A stretch of DNA of 64,000 nucleotides from Deltaproteobacteria bacterium (GTDB lineage: Bacteria; Myxococcota_A; Polyangia; Fen-1088), in contig JANRKS010000032.1 of assembly GCA_033763315.1 (NCBI GenBank), positions 416,001 to 480,000 on the forward strand, read 5' to 3'. The notes beneath the pieces were generated by a model that worked only from the letters and a program-made list of their open reading frames with translations, was not told the origin of the DNA and did not search any database. The position numbers and the translations under genes are program-made. Shown in pieces: positions 48,809 to 57,775 of the stretch. Within the stretch, counting starts at the first letter, position 1. Every line of letters begins with the position of its first letter.

Positions 48809-50380
48809 ATGTCGGCCACTGTTTCCCTCGTCGCGTTTGCCACAGCCACCATCGGTGCTGTGGTGGGCGCGGCTGTGGGGCGCTGGCGGCGTCGCCTTGA
48901 ACATGAGCAAGCCGCGCGGCACGCGTTGTTGAGCGAGTCCGAGTCCGTGAAACGCCAAGCGATCGACGAAGCGCGCGCGTTTGTTCTTAACGCGGACGTG
49001 TTGGCGCGCGAAGAGGGCCTGTCGCGGCGGCAGGCGGCCGAGGAGCGACTGACGTCGATGTCACGCCGGCTGGAGCGGTTGGTGTTACGCAACGCCAAGC
49101 TTGAGGCCGAAGTGACCGTGCGAAAGGGCGAGCTGGCGCGCACGAAGGCGCAGCTTGAAAAGCGCGAGCAAACCGTTCGCGTGTTCGAGAAAGACGTCAG
49201 CGCCATTCGGAGCGAGGTGCGCAAGGCCGAATCAGACGCCCTTAAGCGCTTAGAGGAAACGAGCGGCATCACGGCGGCCGAGCTGCAGCAACAGCTTGTG
49301 GCGCGCGCCTTGGAAGCGGCCCAGGCCGAGGCGGCCAATGTGGTTCGTCAAGCCGAACAGCAAACGGCGGGCGCCGAACAGATCCGGATGTCGAAGCGCA
49401 TCTTGGGGCTTTCGATCGGGCGGTTCTCGGGGCACTACTTAACCGAACGGCACTTGTCTTTGGTGCCGCTCGGCGAGCCCCGCCGTGGGCGCCCCGCCGT
49501 GGGTGAAGAGCAGCTGGCCATCATCGCTGAGGTTGCCGGTGTGCAATTAACGCTCAACGAAGAGCTCGACGCCGTTCGCCTCGAAGGTCTGGATGGCGTG
49601 GGCCGCGAAGTGGCGCGCCGCTGTTTGAACCGCTGCCTGAAGCGTCCCGTCCGCAACGCGGAAGAGCTCAAGCGCGTGGCGCTGAATCAAAAAGATCAGT
49701 TGGCCAAAGAGCTGCTGGACCTGGGGCGCAAGGCCTTCGCGGCGTTGCGCATCCCGCGCGCGCATCCGGAGATTGTGGATCTGGTGGGCCGTTTGAACTA
49801 CCGCACGAGTTTCACGCAGAACCAATGGAAACACGCCGTCGAGGCGGCGTTTTTGTGCGGCATGATGGCCGAAGAGTTGAAGCTGGACGCGAAGGTGGCC
49901 CGCCGCGCGGCGCTCATGCACGACATCGGCAAGGCGCTCACGCACGAGATCGATGGTTCACACGCCGTGATCGGCGCCGACATTGCGCGCCGGCTGGGCG
50001 AGGCGGAAATTGTGGCCAACGCGATCGGCGCCCACCACACCGACGAGCCGTTCAACAGCCCGTATGCCTTCTTGGTGGCGGCGGCGGACGCGATGTCCGG
50101 CGCGCGGCCCGGCGCCCGTCGCCAAACCGAAGACAATTACGTGGGTAAGATTTCTGATCTCGAGCGCATCACGCGGGGATTCCGGGAAGTGCAGGAAGCG
50201 TTTGCTGTGCAGGGCGGCCGCGAAGTGCGCGTGTACGTTAAAGAAGATCGTGTGGATGATTTAGGCGCCATTGATCTTTCGAGCCGTCTGGCGCAAACCA
50301 TTTCAGACGAGATGACGTTTCCGGGCCAAATTCGCGTCACTGTGATTCGCGAATTCCGTGCGGAAGAAAACGCGGGTTAA
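48809..50380 (+). CDS. rny: Ribonuclease Y-family protein (TM anchor, coiled coil, degenerate KH, HD domain)
   Basis: LVGRLNYRTSFTQN..H..E.AFLCG.MA.EL, LMHDIGKA, GSHAVIG, AADAMSGARPGAR, AVQGGREVRV, FPGQIRVTVIRE. Confidence 0.85.
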   Translation: MSATVSLVAFATATIGAVVGAAVGRWRRRLEHEQAARHALLSESESVKRQAIDEARAFVLNADVLAREEGLSRRQAAEERLTSMSRRLERLVLRNAKLEAEVTVRKGELARTKAQLEKREQTVRVFEKDVSAIRSEVRKAESDALKRLEETSGITAAELQQQLVARALEAAQAEAANVVRQAEQQTAGAEQIRMSKRILGLSIGRFSGHYLTERHLSLVPLGEPRRGRPAVGEEQLAIIAEVAGVQLTLNEELDAVRLEGLDGVGREVARRCLNRCLKRPVRNAEELKRVALNQKDQLAKELLDLGRKAFAALRIPRAHPEIVDLVGRLNYRTSFTQNQWKHAVEAAFLCGMMAEELKLDAKVARRAALMHDIGKALTHEIDGSHAVIGADIARRLGEAEIVANAIGAHHTDEPFNSPYAFLVAAADAMSGARPGARRQTEDNYVGKISDLERITRGFREVQEAFAVQGGREVRVYVKEDRVDDLGAIDLSSRLAQTISDEMTFPGQIRVTVIREFRAEENAG

Positions 50381-50386
50381 TCGATC

Positions 50387-50920
50387 ATGTTGCCACCAGC
50401 TTTGTTTTACGGGCTCGCAGGAGCCCTGATTTTTTTCGGCCTCCTGCGCCTTGTGTATCTGGGTGTGTTCGCAGACAAGCGCAGCCCCGCCAAGCCCAAA
50501 GAACCGGCCGGTGGCGTTGGTACCGACGAACGCGGGGACGCGGATGACGATGGCGAAACCATCGACGATGAAACGCGCAGCGAGCGCTACCGTCAGCCGC
50601 CGCGTATGGGCTTCGGCCTCATCAGCTTAATGGGCCTGGGGCGCATGGCGCCCGCGAAACGTCACACAGTGATGGGCGCGTTGTGGATCGTGCTGGGGCT
50701 TTACATGGCGTGGACGGCGTTCAACTTGTCACGCCAGCAGCAAGCGGCGGCCGAGTCCGTCGAAGATCCGGCGCCGATGCGTGTGATTCGTGCACGGGTG
50801 GGAGAACCGGGGCCAGCCGCCGCGCCGCCCGCGGAAGCGAAACCTGCCCCCTCGCAATTAAACGCGGCGCCTGCCGAGATCAAGCCCGCGCCATCTGAGA
50901 CACCACCCACCGCGAAATAA
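50387..50920 (+). CDS. Hypothetical membrane protein with Pro/Ala-rich tail
   Basis: Two to three TM segments; 6 nt after rny. Confidence 0.7.
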   Translation: MLPPALFYGLAGALIFFGLLRLVYLGVFADKRSPAKPKEPAGGVGTDERGDADDDGETIDDETRSERYRQPPRMGFGLISLMGLGRMAPAKRHTVMGALWIVLGLYMAWTAFNLSRQQQAAAESVEDPAPMRVIRARVGEPGPAAAPPAEAKPAPSQLNAAPAEIKPAPSETPPTAK

Positions 50921-50921
50921 C

Positions 50922-51725
50922 TTACGAACTGGCCGATGTGTAATTGCGGATCGCACGCAGCCACACCAGGCGCGCGGCCACCGCAAACCCAACGCCACCG
51001 GCCGCGCACACGAGCGTGGTCTGCACGCCTAGCCGCCCGAGCAGCGCCATCGCCGGGTACGTGGTCATAAGCGCAATGGGAAACACGATCGTGAAGATCA
51101 CTTGCAGCACAACGTGGAACACGTTGACCGGCCAACGGGCGGCGTCGAACAAGGAACTCAGCAGGTAACTGAGGTTGTCGACGCGCACGACGAAAAACGA
51201 CGCGCTCACAATCAGGATCCACACGGAGTAAAGCAGCACCAGCGCCACCACCAGCAGCAACAACGCTTTGGCCACCGCGGCGAAACTGGGCGGGTGCCCC
51301 ATCTTTGCGAACGCGTAGATGAAGATGCCGAACGCGCCGGCAATGTCCACCGCCCGCCAGGGTTCAAACCGCGCCGTGGAAACCAACACCTGGGCGTCCG
51401 CGGGCTTAAGCAGCGTGAAATCGAATTTGCCGTCGCGAATGCCTTCGGTCACGGTGGCCATGCTGGGGGTGACGCCGCCCTCAAGCACGCCCTTGAGCAA
51501 CACGAACCAACCCACCACCACGAGCGACTCGGGATAGGTCCAGCCCACCATCATGTGCTTTTGGCTAAACACGACCATGAGCGGGATCAGCGTGACCACC
51601 AACCAAAACACAGACATCACACCCTTGAGCACGAAGTCGAAGCGGTACTGCATCGCGAGCGCGGCGGACGTGCGCGCTTGGATGCGCAAGAGGGCCGCGT
51701 ACCGAGCAAACGCCGACGCCATCAT
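50922..51725 (-). CDS. ABC-2 type transporter permease (DUF990-like)
   Basis: MQYRFDF, GWT, IRDGKFDFTLLKPAD, ARWPVNVF; start reassigned to ATG 51725 coupled to the upstream stop. Confidence 0.88.
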   Translation of the reverse strand: MMASAFARYAALLRIQARTSAALAMQYRFDFVLKGVMSVFWLVVTLIPLMVVFSQKHMMVGWTYPESLVVVGWFVLLKGVLEGGVTPSMATVTEGIRDGKFDFTLLKPADAQVLVSTARFEPWRAVDIAGAFGIFIYAFAKMGHPPSFAAVAKALLLLVVALVLLYSVWILIVSASFFVVRVDNLSYLLSSLFDAARWPVNVFHVVLQVIFTIVFPIALMTTYPAMALLGRLGVQTTLVCAAGGVGFAVAARLVWLRAIRNYTSASS

Positions 51726-52522
51726 CAGCCTCCAAATGCGACAAAGCGCCGCATGCCTTTGCGCCACATGGTGATCGCCGCCATGGCCATGATGGCCACA
51801 AACATCCACTGCACCCGCAACTGGTGCCATGCGTCTGCAATGGACAGTTTGCCAATCCACGTTTCCACGGGAAAGGCCAAAGTGTAACGAAAGGGCGTGG
51901 CCGCGGAGATCGGCGTCACCCACGAGGGCAACAACTCCAGCGGGAACAGATACCCCGAAAGCAGAAAATGAATGGCCAACCACACGTCGAAAACCGACAG
52001 CGCGCTTTCGATAAACAGCGCCAAAGAGCCGATGGTGAGCATCGTGAAGAACAAGATGCACCACGCGCCCACGAGCGACATCAAGAACAAGGCCGCGCGT
52101 TCCAGGCTGCCAAACAGCAACGATTTGCCTCCCACCCACAAAAGCACGGCAATAACAGGCGAGATCATTAGCACGCGCATCGGCACCGCCGCCACGTGCT
52201 CGGCGCTGTATTGCACCAACGGCGAAATGGGCCTCAACAGGCGCGTCACCAACGTTCCTTGGCGAACGTCCATCGTCATCTCCCACACCAACCAGTTGTT
52301 GGTGACGATGCGGACGATGAGAACGGCCAAATAATATGTGATGAAGTCGCGCTTGCCGAAGCGCCCCACAGGACCATCTGCGGCCACGGCGGTCCACAAG
52401 CCCATCATCACCAGCGGCATGTTGGTGGTGAGGATCCACACGAGAAACTCCGCGCGGTAGGCCACCATCTCGGCCAAGCCCACGCGCAGCAGCGCTGGAT
52501 AGGCACGCAACGTTCGCCGCAC
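51725..52522 (-). CDS. ABC-2 type transporter permease (DUF990-like)
   Basis: AYRAEF, DVRQGTL..RLLRP, LSGYLFPLELLP, FPVE. Confidence 0.88.
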   Translation of the reverse strand: MRRTLRAYPALLRVGLAEMVAYRAEFLVWILTTNMPLVMMGLWTAVAADGPVGRFGKRDFITYYLAVLIVRIVTNNWLVWEMTMDVRQGTLVTRLLRPISPLVQYSAEHVAAVPMRVLMISPVIAVLLWVGGKSLLFGSLERAALFLMSLVGAWCILFFTMLTIGSLALFIESALSVFDVWLAIHFLLSGYLFPLELLPSWVTPISAATPFRYTLAFPVETWIGKLSIADAWHQLRVQWMFVAIMAMAAITMWRKGMRRFVAFGG

Positions 52523-53505
52523 TAAATGGCTCCGGCGTTTGTGTGTTGAAACATCTCGCGCATCACGTCTTCAAGCGGTGGATCCTCAATGGTCAGATCC
52601 GCCACGGGCAAGTGCGCGAAGGCGTGTTTGACGGCATCGTTGACCCGATCCGTGGGCACGGAGATCACGCAGCGGCCATCCTCGTGCGTGATGACAGCAC
52701 CCAACGGCGCGACTGCTTCGCTGCTGACGGACGTCGCCAAGCCGATGGTCAAACGGCGCTCGGGGCGAATGCGTTTGACCAACGCTTTGAGATCGCCGTC
52801 ATAGATCAACGCACCCTTGTCAATGATCACCACGCGCGGACACAAGGCGGCCACGTCTTCCATGTAGTGGCTGGTCAAGATCACCGTGGCACCGAATTCT
52901 TCGTTGTAGCGCTTGATGAACTGACGCATGCGCGACTGCATCGAAACGTCGAGACCGATGGTAGGCTCATCTAAGAACAGAACTTTGGGTTTGTGCAGCA
53001 GCGCCGCGCACAGTTCACACTTCATGCGTTCACCCAACGACAGTTGCCGCGTGGGCTTGCGGATCAAATCCCCGATCTCGAGCAAGTCGATCAACGTCGC
53101 CAAGGTCTGATCCGCCTCGGCTTTGGGCAGATCATAAATGGCGCGGTTCATCGCGTAAGTTTCCGCAGGCGGCAGATCCCACAACAGCTGCTGCTTTTGC
53201 CCCATCACCAGCGTGATGCTCTTTAAGAACTCAACCTGCCGCGCTTGCGGCGTAAAGCCGAACACTTTGGCGTAACCCGAAGACGGGTGCAAAAGGCCGG
53301 AGAGGATCTTGAGCGTCGTGGTTTTGCCAGCGCCGTTGGGGCCAAGAAATCCCACGCGCTCGCCGGCGGCGATCTGGAACGACAGGCCCCGCAACGCTTC
53401 CACCGTTTCATAGTTGCGCTTGAAAACGGATCTGAAAGCCGCAAGCACGCCGGGCGGACGTTTGTGAACTCGGTAGTTTTTCTTGAGTTCCGAAACCTCG
53501 ATCAC
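52522..53505 (-). CDS. ABC transporter ATP-binding protein
   Basis: GPNGAGKTT, LSLGERMK, LFLDEPT, TSH. Confidence 0.95.
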   Translation of the reverse strand: MIEVSELKKNYRVHKRPPGVLAAFRSVFKRNYETVEALRGLSFQIAAGERVGFLGPNGAGKTTTLKILSGLLHPSSGYAKVFGFTPQARQVEFLKSITLVMGQKQQLLWDLPPAETYAMNRAIYDLPKAEADQTLATLIDLLEIGDLIRKPTRQLSLGERMKCELCAALLHKPKVLFLDEPTIGLDVSMQSRMRQFIKRYNEEFGATVILTSHYMEDVAALCPRVVIIDKGALIYDGDLKALVKRIRPERRLTIGLATSVSSEAVAPLGAVITHEDGRCVISVPTDRVNDAVKHAFAHLPVADLTIEDPPLEDVMREMFQHTNAGAI

Positions 53506-54461
53506 CGCTTGGCCCCAAGCCCCAACTCAGCCGCCGCTCCCACGGGCCACAGCCACGCCGCCCCCCGCACGCCACTTGAATCGCCGTGCTTGGCCTTAAC
53601 CAGACGTGTGCTCACAACGTCCGAGAACGCGTAGGGCTTCCACAACTCGGGCACGTTCGTGTAAAGCCGTTCAACGTTTGAGACGCCACCGCCCAAGACG
53701 ATGACTTGTGGGTTCAGCACATTGATGATCACGGCCAACCCGCGCGCCAAACGATGTTCATAACGGGCCATGGTGGCAAGCGCTGCGGCGCTGCCTGCCG
53801 CCGCCGCTTGGGCCACCTCGGGGCCTGACAGGCTCTCACCCGTCACGCGCTTGTGATCGGCGGCCAGGCCCGTGCCTGACAAAAACAGTTCGACGCAACC
53901 CGATCGGCCGCACCAGCATTTCGGCAGCGGCCATTCGTCTTCTTGCGGCCAGGGCAGGGGCATGTGGCCCCATTCGCCGCCTATGCCGTCGGGACCGTCT
54001 AAGATTTGGCCATCGACCACCACACCACCGCCGGTGCCGGTGCCGATGATCACGCCAAACACCACATGCGGGCTTTGCCCCGGCTGCCGTGGTGAGGTGG
54101 GGGCGCCGGCGCCGTCGGCGGCTTCCGAAAGGGCGAAGCAGTTGGCGTCATTGGCCACGCGGACGCGGTTGCCCAGCCGGGCCGCCAAATCGCGATCGAG
54201 CGGGTGGCCAATCAACGCTGTGGTGTTCGCGTTCTTCACCAGGCCCGTGGCCGGCGAGATCGTGCCCGGAATGCCCAGCCCCACAGTGCCTTGGGCGCCT
54301 ACCTCCGCCTCCACATCGCCCACGAGCGCTACGACGGCGTCGAGGATGCTTTCGTAAGAGTCTCGCGGTGTGGGCCGGCGTTGCCTGCCAAGTTCACGGC
54401 CTTCGTCGTCGATGGCCAGCGCTTCAATTTTCGTTCCGCCTAAGTCGATTCCAATCCGCAT
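53502..54461 (-). CDS. mak: ROK-family sugar kinase (fructokinase Mak-like)
   Basis: MRIGIDLGGTKIE, ANDANCFALSEA.DGAG, GEWGH.PLPW, CWCGRSGCVE, HGDSSGVRGAAWLW. Confidence 0.9.
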   Translation of the reverse strand: MRIGIDLGGTKIEALAIDDEGRELGRQRRPTPRDSYESILDAVVALVGDVEAEVGAQGTVGLGIPGTISPATGLVKNANTTALIGHPLDRDLAARLGNRVRVANDANCFALSEAADGAGAPTSPRQPGQSPHVVFGVIIGTGTGGGVVVDGQILDGPDGIGGEWGHMPLPWPQEDEWPLPKCWCGRSGCVELFLSGTGLAADHKRVTGESLSGPEVAQAAAAGSAAALATMARYEHRLARGLAVIINVLNPQVIVLGGGVSNVERLYTNVPELWKPYAFSDVVSTRLVKAKHGDSSGVRGAAWLWPVGAAAELGLGAKR

Positions 54462-54498
54462 TGGGGGCTCGTGGTGAGTGGTGGTACTCTTATGACAG

Positions 54499-55017
54499 AT
54501 GGCTGTCTATGTGTCCGAATACGCGGCTGAGCTTCGCAGCCTGGGTTCGGTGGATTTCGCGGTTCGTTATCCCTCACCGGCGTTCATTGTCAAAGGCGTC
54601 ACCGGCAACTTGAAGGATTCAAGTGGCAAGCAGGGCGGCACAATGATCACGGAAGATATTGCTGACCAGATGCGGCAGGCCAGCCTATTGATCGGCCGCG
54701 TGTTCCTAATTCGTAAAGGCCGCGGCGCGAGCCCAGGGCCCATCACGTTGGGGCGCACGGCGGCCAATGACGTGGCCATTCCCGAATACTCAATTTCGCA
54801 GCGTCACTGTCTGCTGAAAATCGAGCCCGGTGGCGTGAGCCTGACGGACGCCGGATCGACCAACGGCACCTTCGTCAACGGCACGCGGTTGGTGCCACAA
54901 AAGGCTTTGCTTCTGGTGGATGGCATCGAAGTGACCTTGGGCCGGTTCGTCTTTACGTTCTACTCGCCGGCGGGCTTTCGCAAGCGGTTGGCGCAAGATC
55001 CGGCTTACACGGAGTAG
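54499..55017 (+). CDS. FHA-domain protein
   Basis: LGRTAANDV, SISQRH, DAGSTNGTFVNG. Confidence 0.9.
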   Translation: MAVYVSEYAAELRSLGSVDFAVRYPSPAFIVKGVTGNLKDSSGKQGGTMITEDIADQMRQASLLIGRVFLIRKGRGASPGPITLGRTAANDVAIPEYSISQRHCLLKIEPGGVSLTDAGSTNGTFVNGTRLVPQKALLLVDGIEVTLGRFVFTFYSPAGFRKRLAQDPAYTE

Positions 55018-55023
55018 GTCGCT

Positions 55024-56328
55024 CTAACGGTTTAAACGCGCTTTCACCCGGCGTTGGCCAGGGCGTGCCAAAAGCGGCGTGCTCGGTTGCTTGGGGGGCG
55101 CTGTCAGTGCCAGCCAGCCCTTGGGCAGCAGTGCCACGGTCTTCGCCAGCGCCGTTTCTCCATCCCACACCAGGGGGGACCATTGGTTGTTCCAGGCGCC
55201 TTGCCGCGCAGGTTGGCGTGGCACCGCGCCGAAGGTCATGCCGTTCATCGACAGCGGGTTCTCGTACATATGCGCTTGCCCGGCGAACAGATCCAAGCGC
55301 AGCCACGTGAGCTCTGGGTGAAGCCCCACGTCCACGCGTTCAGGTTCAGGCAGCATCACGAGGCTGAAATCTTCGGGACGTATGAAGCGCTCAGGATTCG
55401 AAACATCTTCGCTGGCGCGGAACCCAGTGATGCCACCGCCCACGTTTTCAAACACGCCTGGCAGGGGGTAACTGCCGCCGCTTTGCAATCCTGACCAGCG
55501 CAGGAAATGGCTTTTGCCCCCCGTGTAAACCACCACATGATCTTCACGCGGATCGCTGCCGCCCACGCGCACCACTTGTTTCGGTTCGTATGAGAATTCG
55601 TGGAAGAAGAACTGATAACCCACGGGGTGCCAGGCGTTGTCGTCCGTGAGACGCGAGGGTCCGCGCAGGATCACGTTGATGTGTTCCCAATCGCCCTCGT
55701 GGTGGTTGATCCATTCGTTGTAAGGGAAATAGAACCAGTACTGGATCGCTAACAAACCCTTTTCGCGGTTGAGCCAAAACAGATGTGCGTGCTGCGTGGG
55801 CGCGTATTGCAGGCCTGCGGGCGTGGTGCGATCCAACGGATCGCCGCTCATGATCGCGCGCCAGCGGCGCCGCCACGACGAGACGCCGCGTTCGGTTCGA
55901 TCATCTCCCGGCGCATCGATCGAATAACGAATGGTGTTGCCGTCGGCATCGGTGGTGGGCATGTCACCCCAGTCGTCGTTCGTGAGCCGATCGTTTGAAA
56001 GCGCCTCGTATTGCCTGACGACCTGTCCCTGTTCATCGATAACGCTTGCCATGAGTGACGAGCCATCGGCCCAGGCGTAGCGCAACGACACAGGCCAGAT
56101 GTCGCGGTGGCCGAACGCCATCGCAGGGTTAAACCGTCGGGCTAAAATGGCACCGGCTGGCCCCGCCTCTTCGGCTGGTGTCAATGGCGCGGGTGACGCC
56201 AGATCCCGCCACGAGGACACGGTGTTGCCTTCGGCCCGAGGGAACGCGGCTTGTGCCGGTAGGCCGCCTCGACCTGTGAGGGCGGCGGCAAATACGGCCA
56301 AAAGTACGGAGACTCCGCGTTCGTGCAT
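55024..56328 (-). CDS. Exported protein with Vps62/NPP1-like HEGDWE motif
   Basis: Signal peptide; LARRFNP, AIQYWFYFPYN..HEGDWEHINV. Start may extend to 56361. Confidence 0.72.
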   Translation of the reverse strand: MHERGVSVLLAVFAAALTGRGGLPAQAAFPRAEGNTVSSWRDLASPAPLTPAEEAGPAGAILARRFNPAMAFGHRDIWPVSLRYAWADGSSLMASVIDEQGQVVRQYEALSNDRLTNDDWGDMPTTDADGNTIRYSIDAPGDDRTERGVSSWRRRWRAIMSGDPLDRTTPAGLQYAPTQHAHLFWLNREKGLLAIQYWFYFPYNEWINHHEGDWEHINVILRGPSRLTDDNAWHPVGYQFFFHEFSYEPKQVVRVGGSDPREDHVVVYTGGKSHFLRWSGLQSGGSYPLPGVFENVGGGITGFRASEDVSNPERFIRPEDFSLVMLPEPERVDVGLHPELTWLRLDLFAGQAHMYENPLSMNGMTFGAVPRQPARQGAWNNQWSPLVWDGETALAKTVALLPKGWLALTAPPKQPSTPLLARPGQRRVKARLNR

Positions 56329-56440
56329 GTATCCTTGAACATCGCCGCTTCGTGCGTTCACCTTGAAAGCGAAGCGTGGCCTTCCCCCTTATTCCTCCCC
56401 TGCATTCAAGGATGCGGCGTCGAGATACGATAAGTATTAC

Positions 56441-57085
56441 ATGAGCAGACCACACCGCGCCGCTGACAATTTCACGCTTCGGCCGATGAACGCGTGCAGC
56501 GTATTGGCGGTGCTGTGGTTATGTGTCGGTTGCAACAAAGAGCTAAAGCAGCCCGTGCTAACCGCTGCGGCGACGCCCGTGTCAAATTCGCTCAAGGCGC
56601 CCGTGTATGAAGCGCCTGGCAAGAACGACAAGGTGGCGTTGACCGAGCGCAAGTGGGGCACGCGATCCATGGGTACCACATCGTCCCCTTTGACAACGGC
56701 GAACAAAGCTGTGGCGGCGGCGCAGGCGAAAAGTTTGAACGATCATCCCCAAGGTTTGCGCCGCGAAGAGCTGCAAAAGGTTCTTGATGAACAGATGGGC
56801 AACCTCGCCAAATGCTTCGACAACGCGGAGGTGACGAGCGTTGGTATCTACTTCGAGGCCGATCCCTCAGGCACCGCCCGCGGCGTACGCGTCAACGGCG
56901 CGCCCGGTGACTCCGAAGCGTGCGCGAAGAACATCATCAGCGCGCTTAAGTTTCCCGAGTTTCAAGGCAGCGCCGTGCCAATCGACTTTCCGATCCGCAT
57001 CTCGCGCACGGTCAAACCCGTGGCTGGCGGCGCGGGCGATCAGGCCAAGCCGCCTTCAAACGCCAATGCGTTCGTGAATCCTTAA
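56441..57085 (+). CDS. Lipoprotein with AgmX/PglI (TonB-C-like) C-terminal domain
   Basis: Lipobox CVGC; LAKCF..FEADPSG..EACAKNII.ALKFPEF....IDFP. Start 56441 or 56486. Confidence 0.72.
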   Translation: MSRPHRAADNFTLRPMNACSVLAVLWLCVGCNKELKQPVLTAAATPVSNSLKAPVYEAPGKNDKVALTERKWGTRSMGTTSSPLTTANKAVAAAQAKSLNDHPQGLRREELQKVLDEQMGNLAKCFDNAEVTSVGIYFEADPSGTARGVRVNGAPGDSEACAKNIISALKFPEFQGSAVPIDFPIRISRTVKPVAGGAGDQAKPPSNANAFVNP

Positions 57086-57276
57086 AAGCGCATGCCGCGC
57101 TTGGCGCGGAACATGAACCACTTGTAGGTGAGGTAGGACGCGCCACCTGCGGCAGCGGCGCCCAAAATCACGGGCGCTCCCGTGGTTAGAAGCAGCGCGG
57201 ATCCTGCCCAAGCCCCCACGGCCCATAGGCCCTTTTTGCGGGCCACATCCTTGTCCCTCAACATCAAGCTGCCCAT
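57082..57276 (-). CDS. Small (64 aa) membrane protein
   Basis: Hydrophobic hairpin and basic tail RAKRGMRF; follows the DUF6165 gene on the same strand. Confidence 0.7.
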   Translation of the reverse strand: MGSLMLRDKDVARKKGLWAVGAWAGSALLLTTGAPVILGAAAAGGASYLTYKWFMFRAKRGMRF

Positions 57277-57319
57277 GCATGCTTGTTAGCACGCGCTGAC
57301 GGCGGCGGCCAACCCGACG

Positions 57320-57706
57320 CTAATACGGTGCGTAAGCTTTGACCTCAGCGATGGCCGAGCCCAGCAAGTCGTTGATCTTACGTTTAAGGGCCGCGCGACG
57401 ATCATTGGTGTGATAAACGGCGCGCGCCAAAGCCACGAAACGGTCGCCAAAATCCTGTGCCCGTTCACAATCGCGAATCTGGTCTTCGATGTCCCAGAGC
57501 ACGGCGTTCACCTCGCGCAACTCTTTGGTTACCGCCGCCAGCGCTTCGCTTTGTGCGATGGCGTGGCTGCGGCGATCTTCGAGCAAACGCAGCTCATAGA
57601 GCACAAGGCTGCGTTTGGCCTCTTCAGCCACGCGTTCGGCTTTTATCTCCAGGATTGTGATCTTGTCGATCAGCTCGCCTGGGCTTACGTCGATGGTTAC
57701 CGTCAC
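57320..57706 (-). CDS. DUF6165-family protein
   Basis: VSPGELIDKITILEIK, VN..LWDIEDQIR..E...DFG..FV.LAR.VY.TND.RA..KR.IN...GS...EVK.Y. Start could be 57739. Confidence 0.88.
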   Translation of the reverse strand: MTVTIDVSPGELIDKITILEIKAERVAEEAKRSLVLYELRLLEDRRSHAIAQSEALAAVTKELREVNAVLWDIEDQIRDCERAQDFGDRFVALARAVYHTNDRRAALKRKINDLLGSAIAEVKAYAPY

Positions 57707-57775
57707 GCGTCGTTCCCCGAAAACATCTTCCCGGGACATCGACGGATGCGGCGCGTGGGTTAAGGGCCCACAACT

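Noticed and set aside
27919-48958. Many long antisense ORFs (200-400 aa) opposite the glt genes
   Set aside because: Shadow ORFs expected from high-GC3 codon bias; no motifs, fully overlapping clear genes.
51726-52439. 505-aa ORF suggesting a fused or frameshifted permease
   Set aside because: The N-terminal half is an off-frame read of the upstream permease; the real start is ATG 51725 coupled to its stop.
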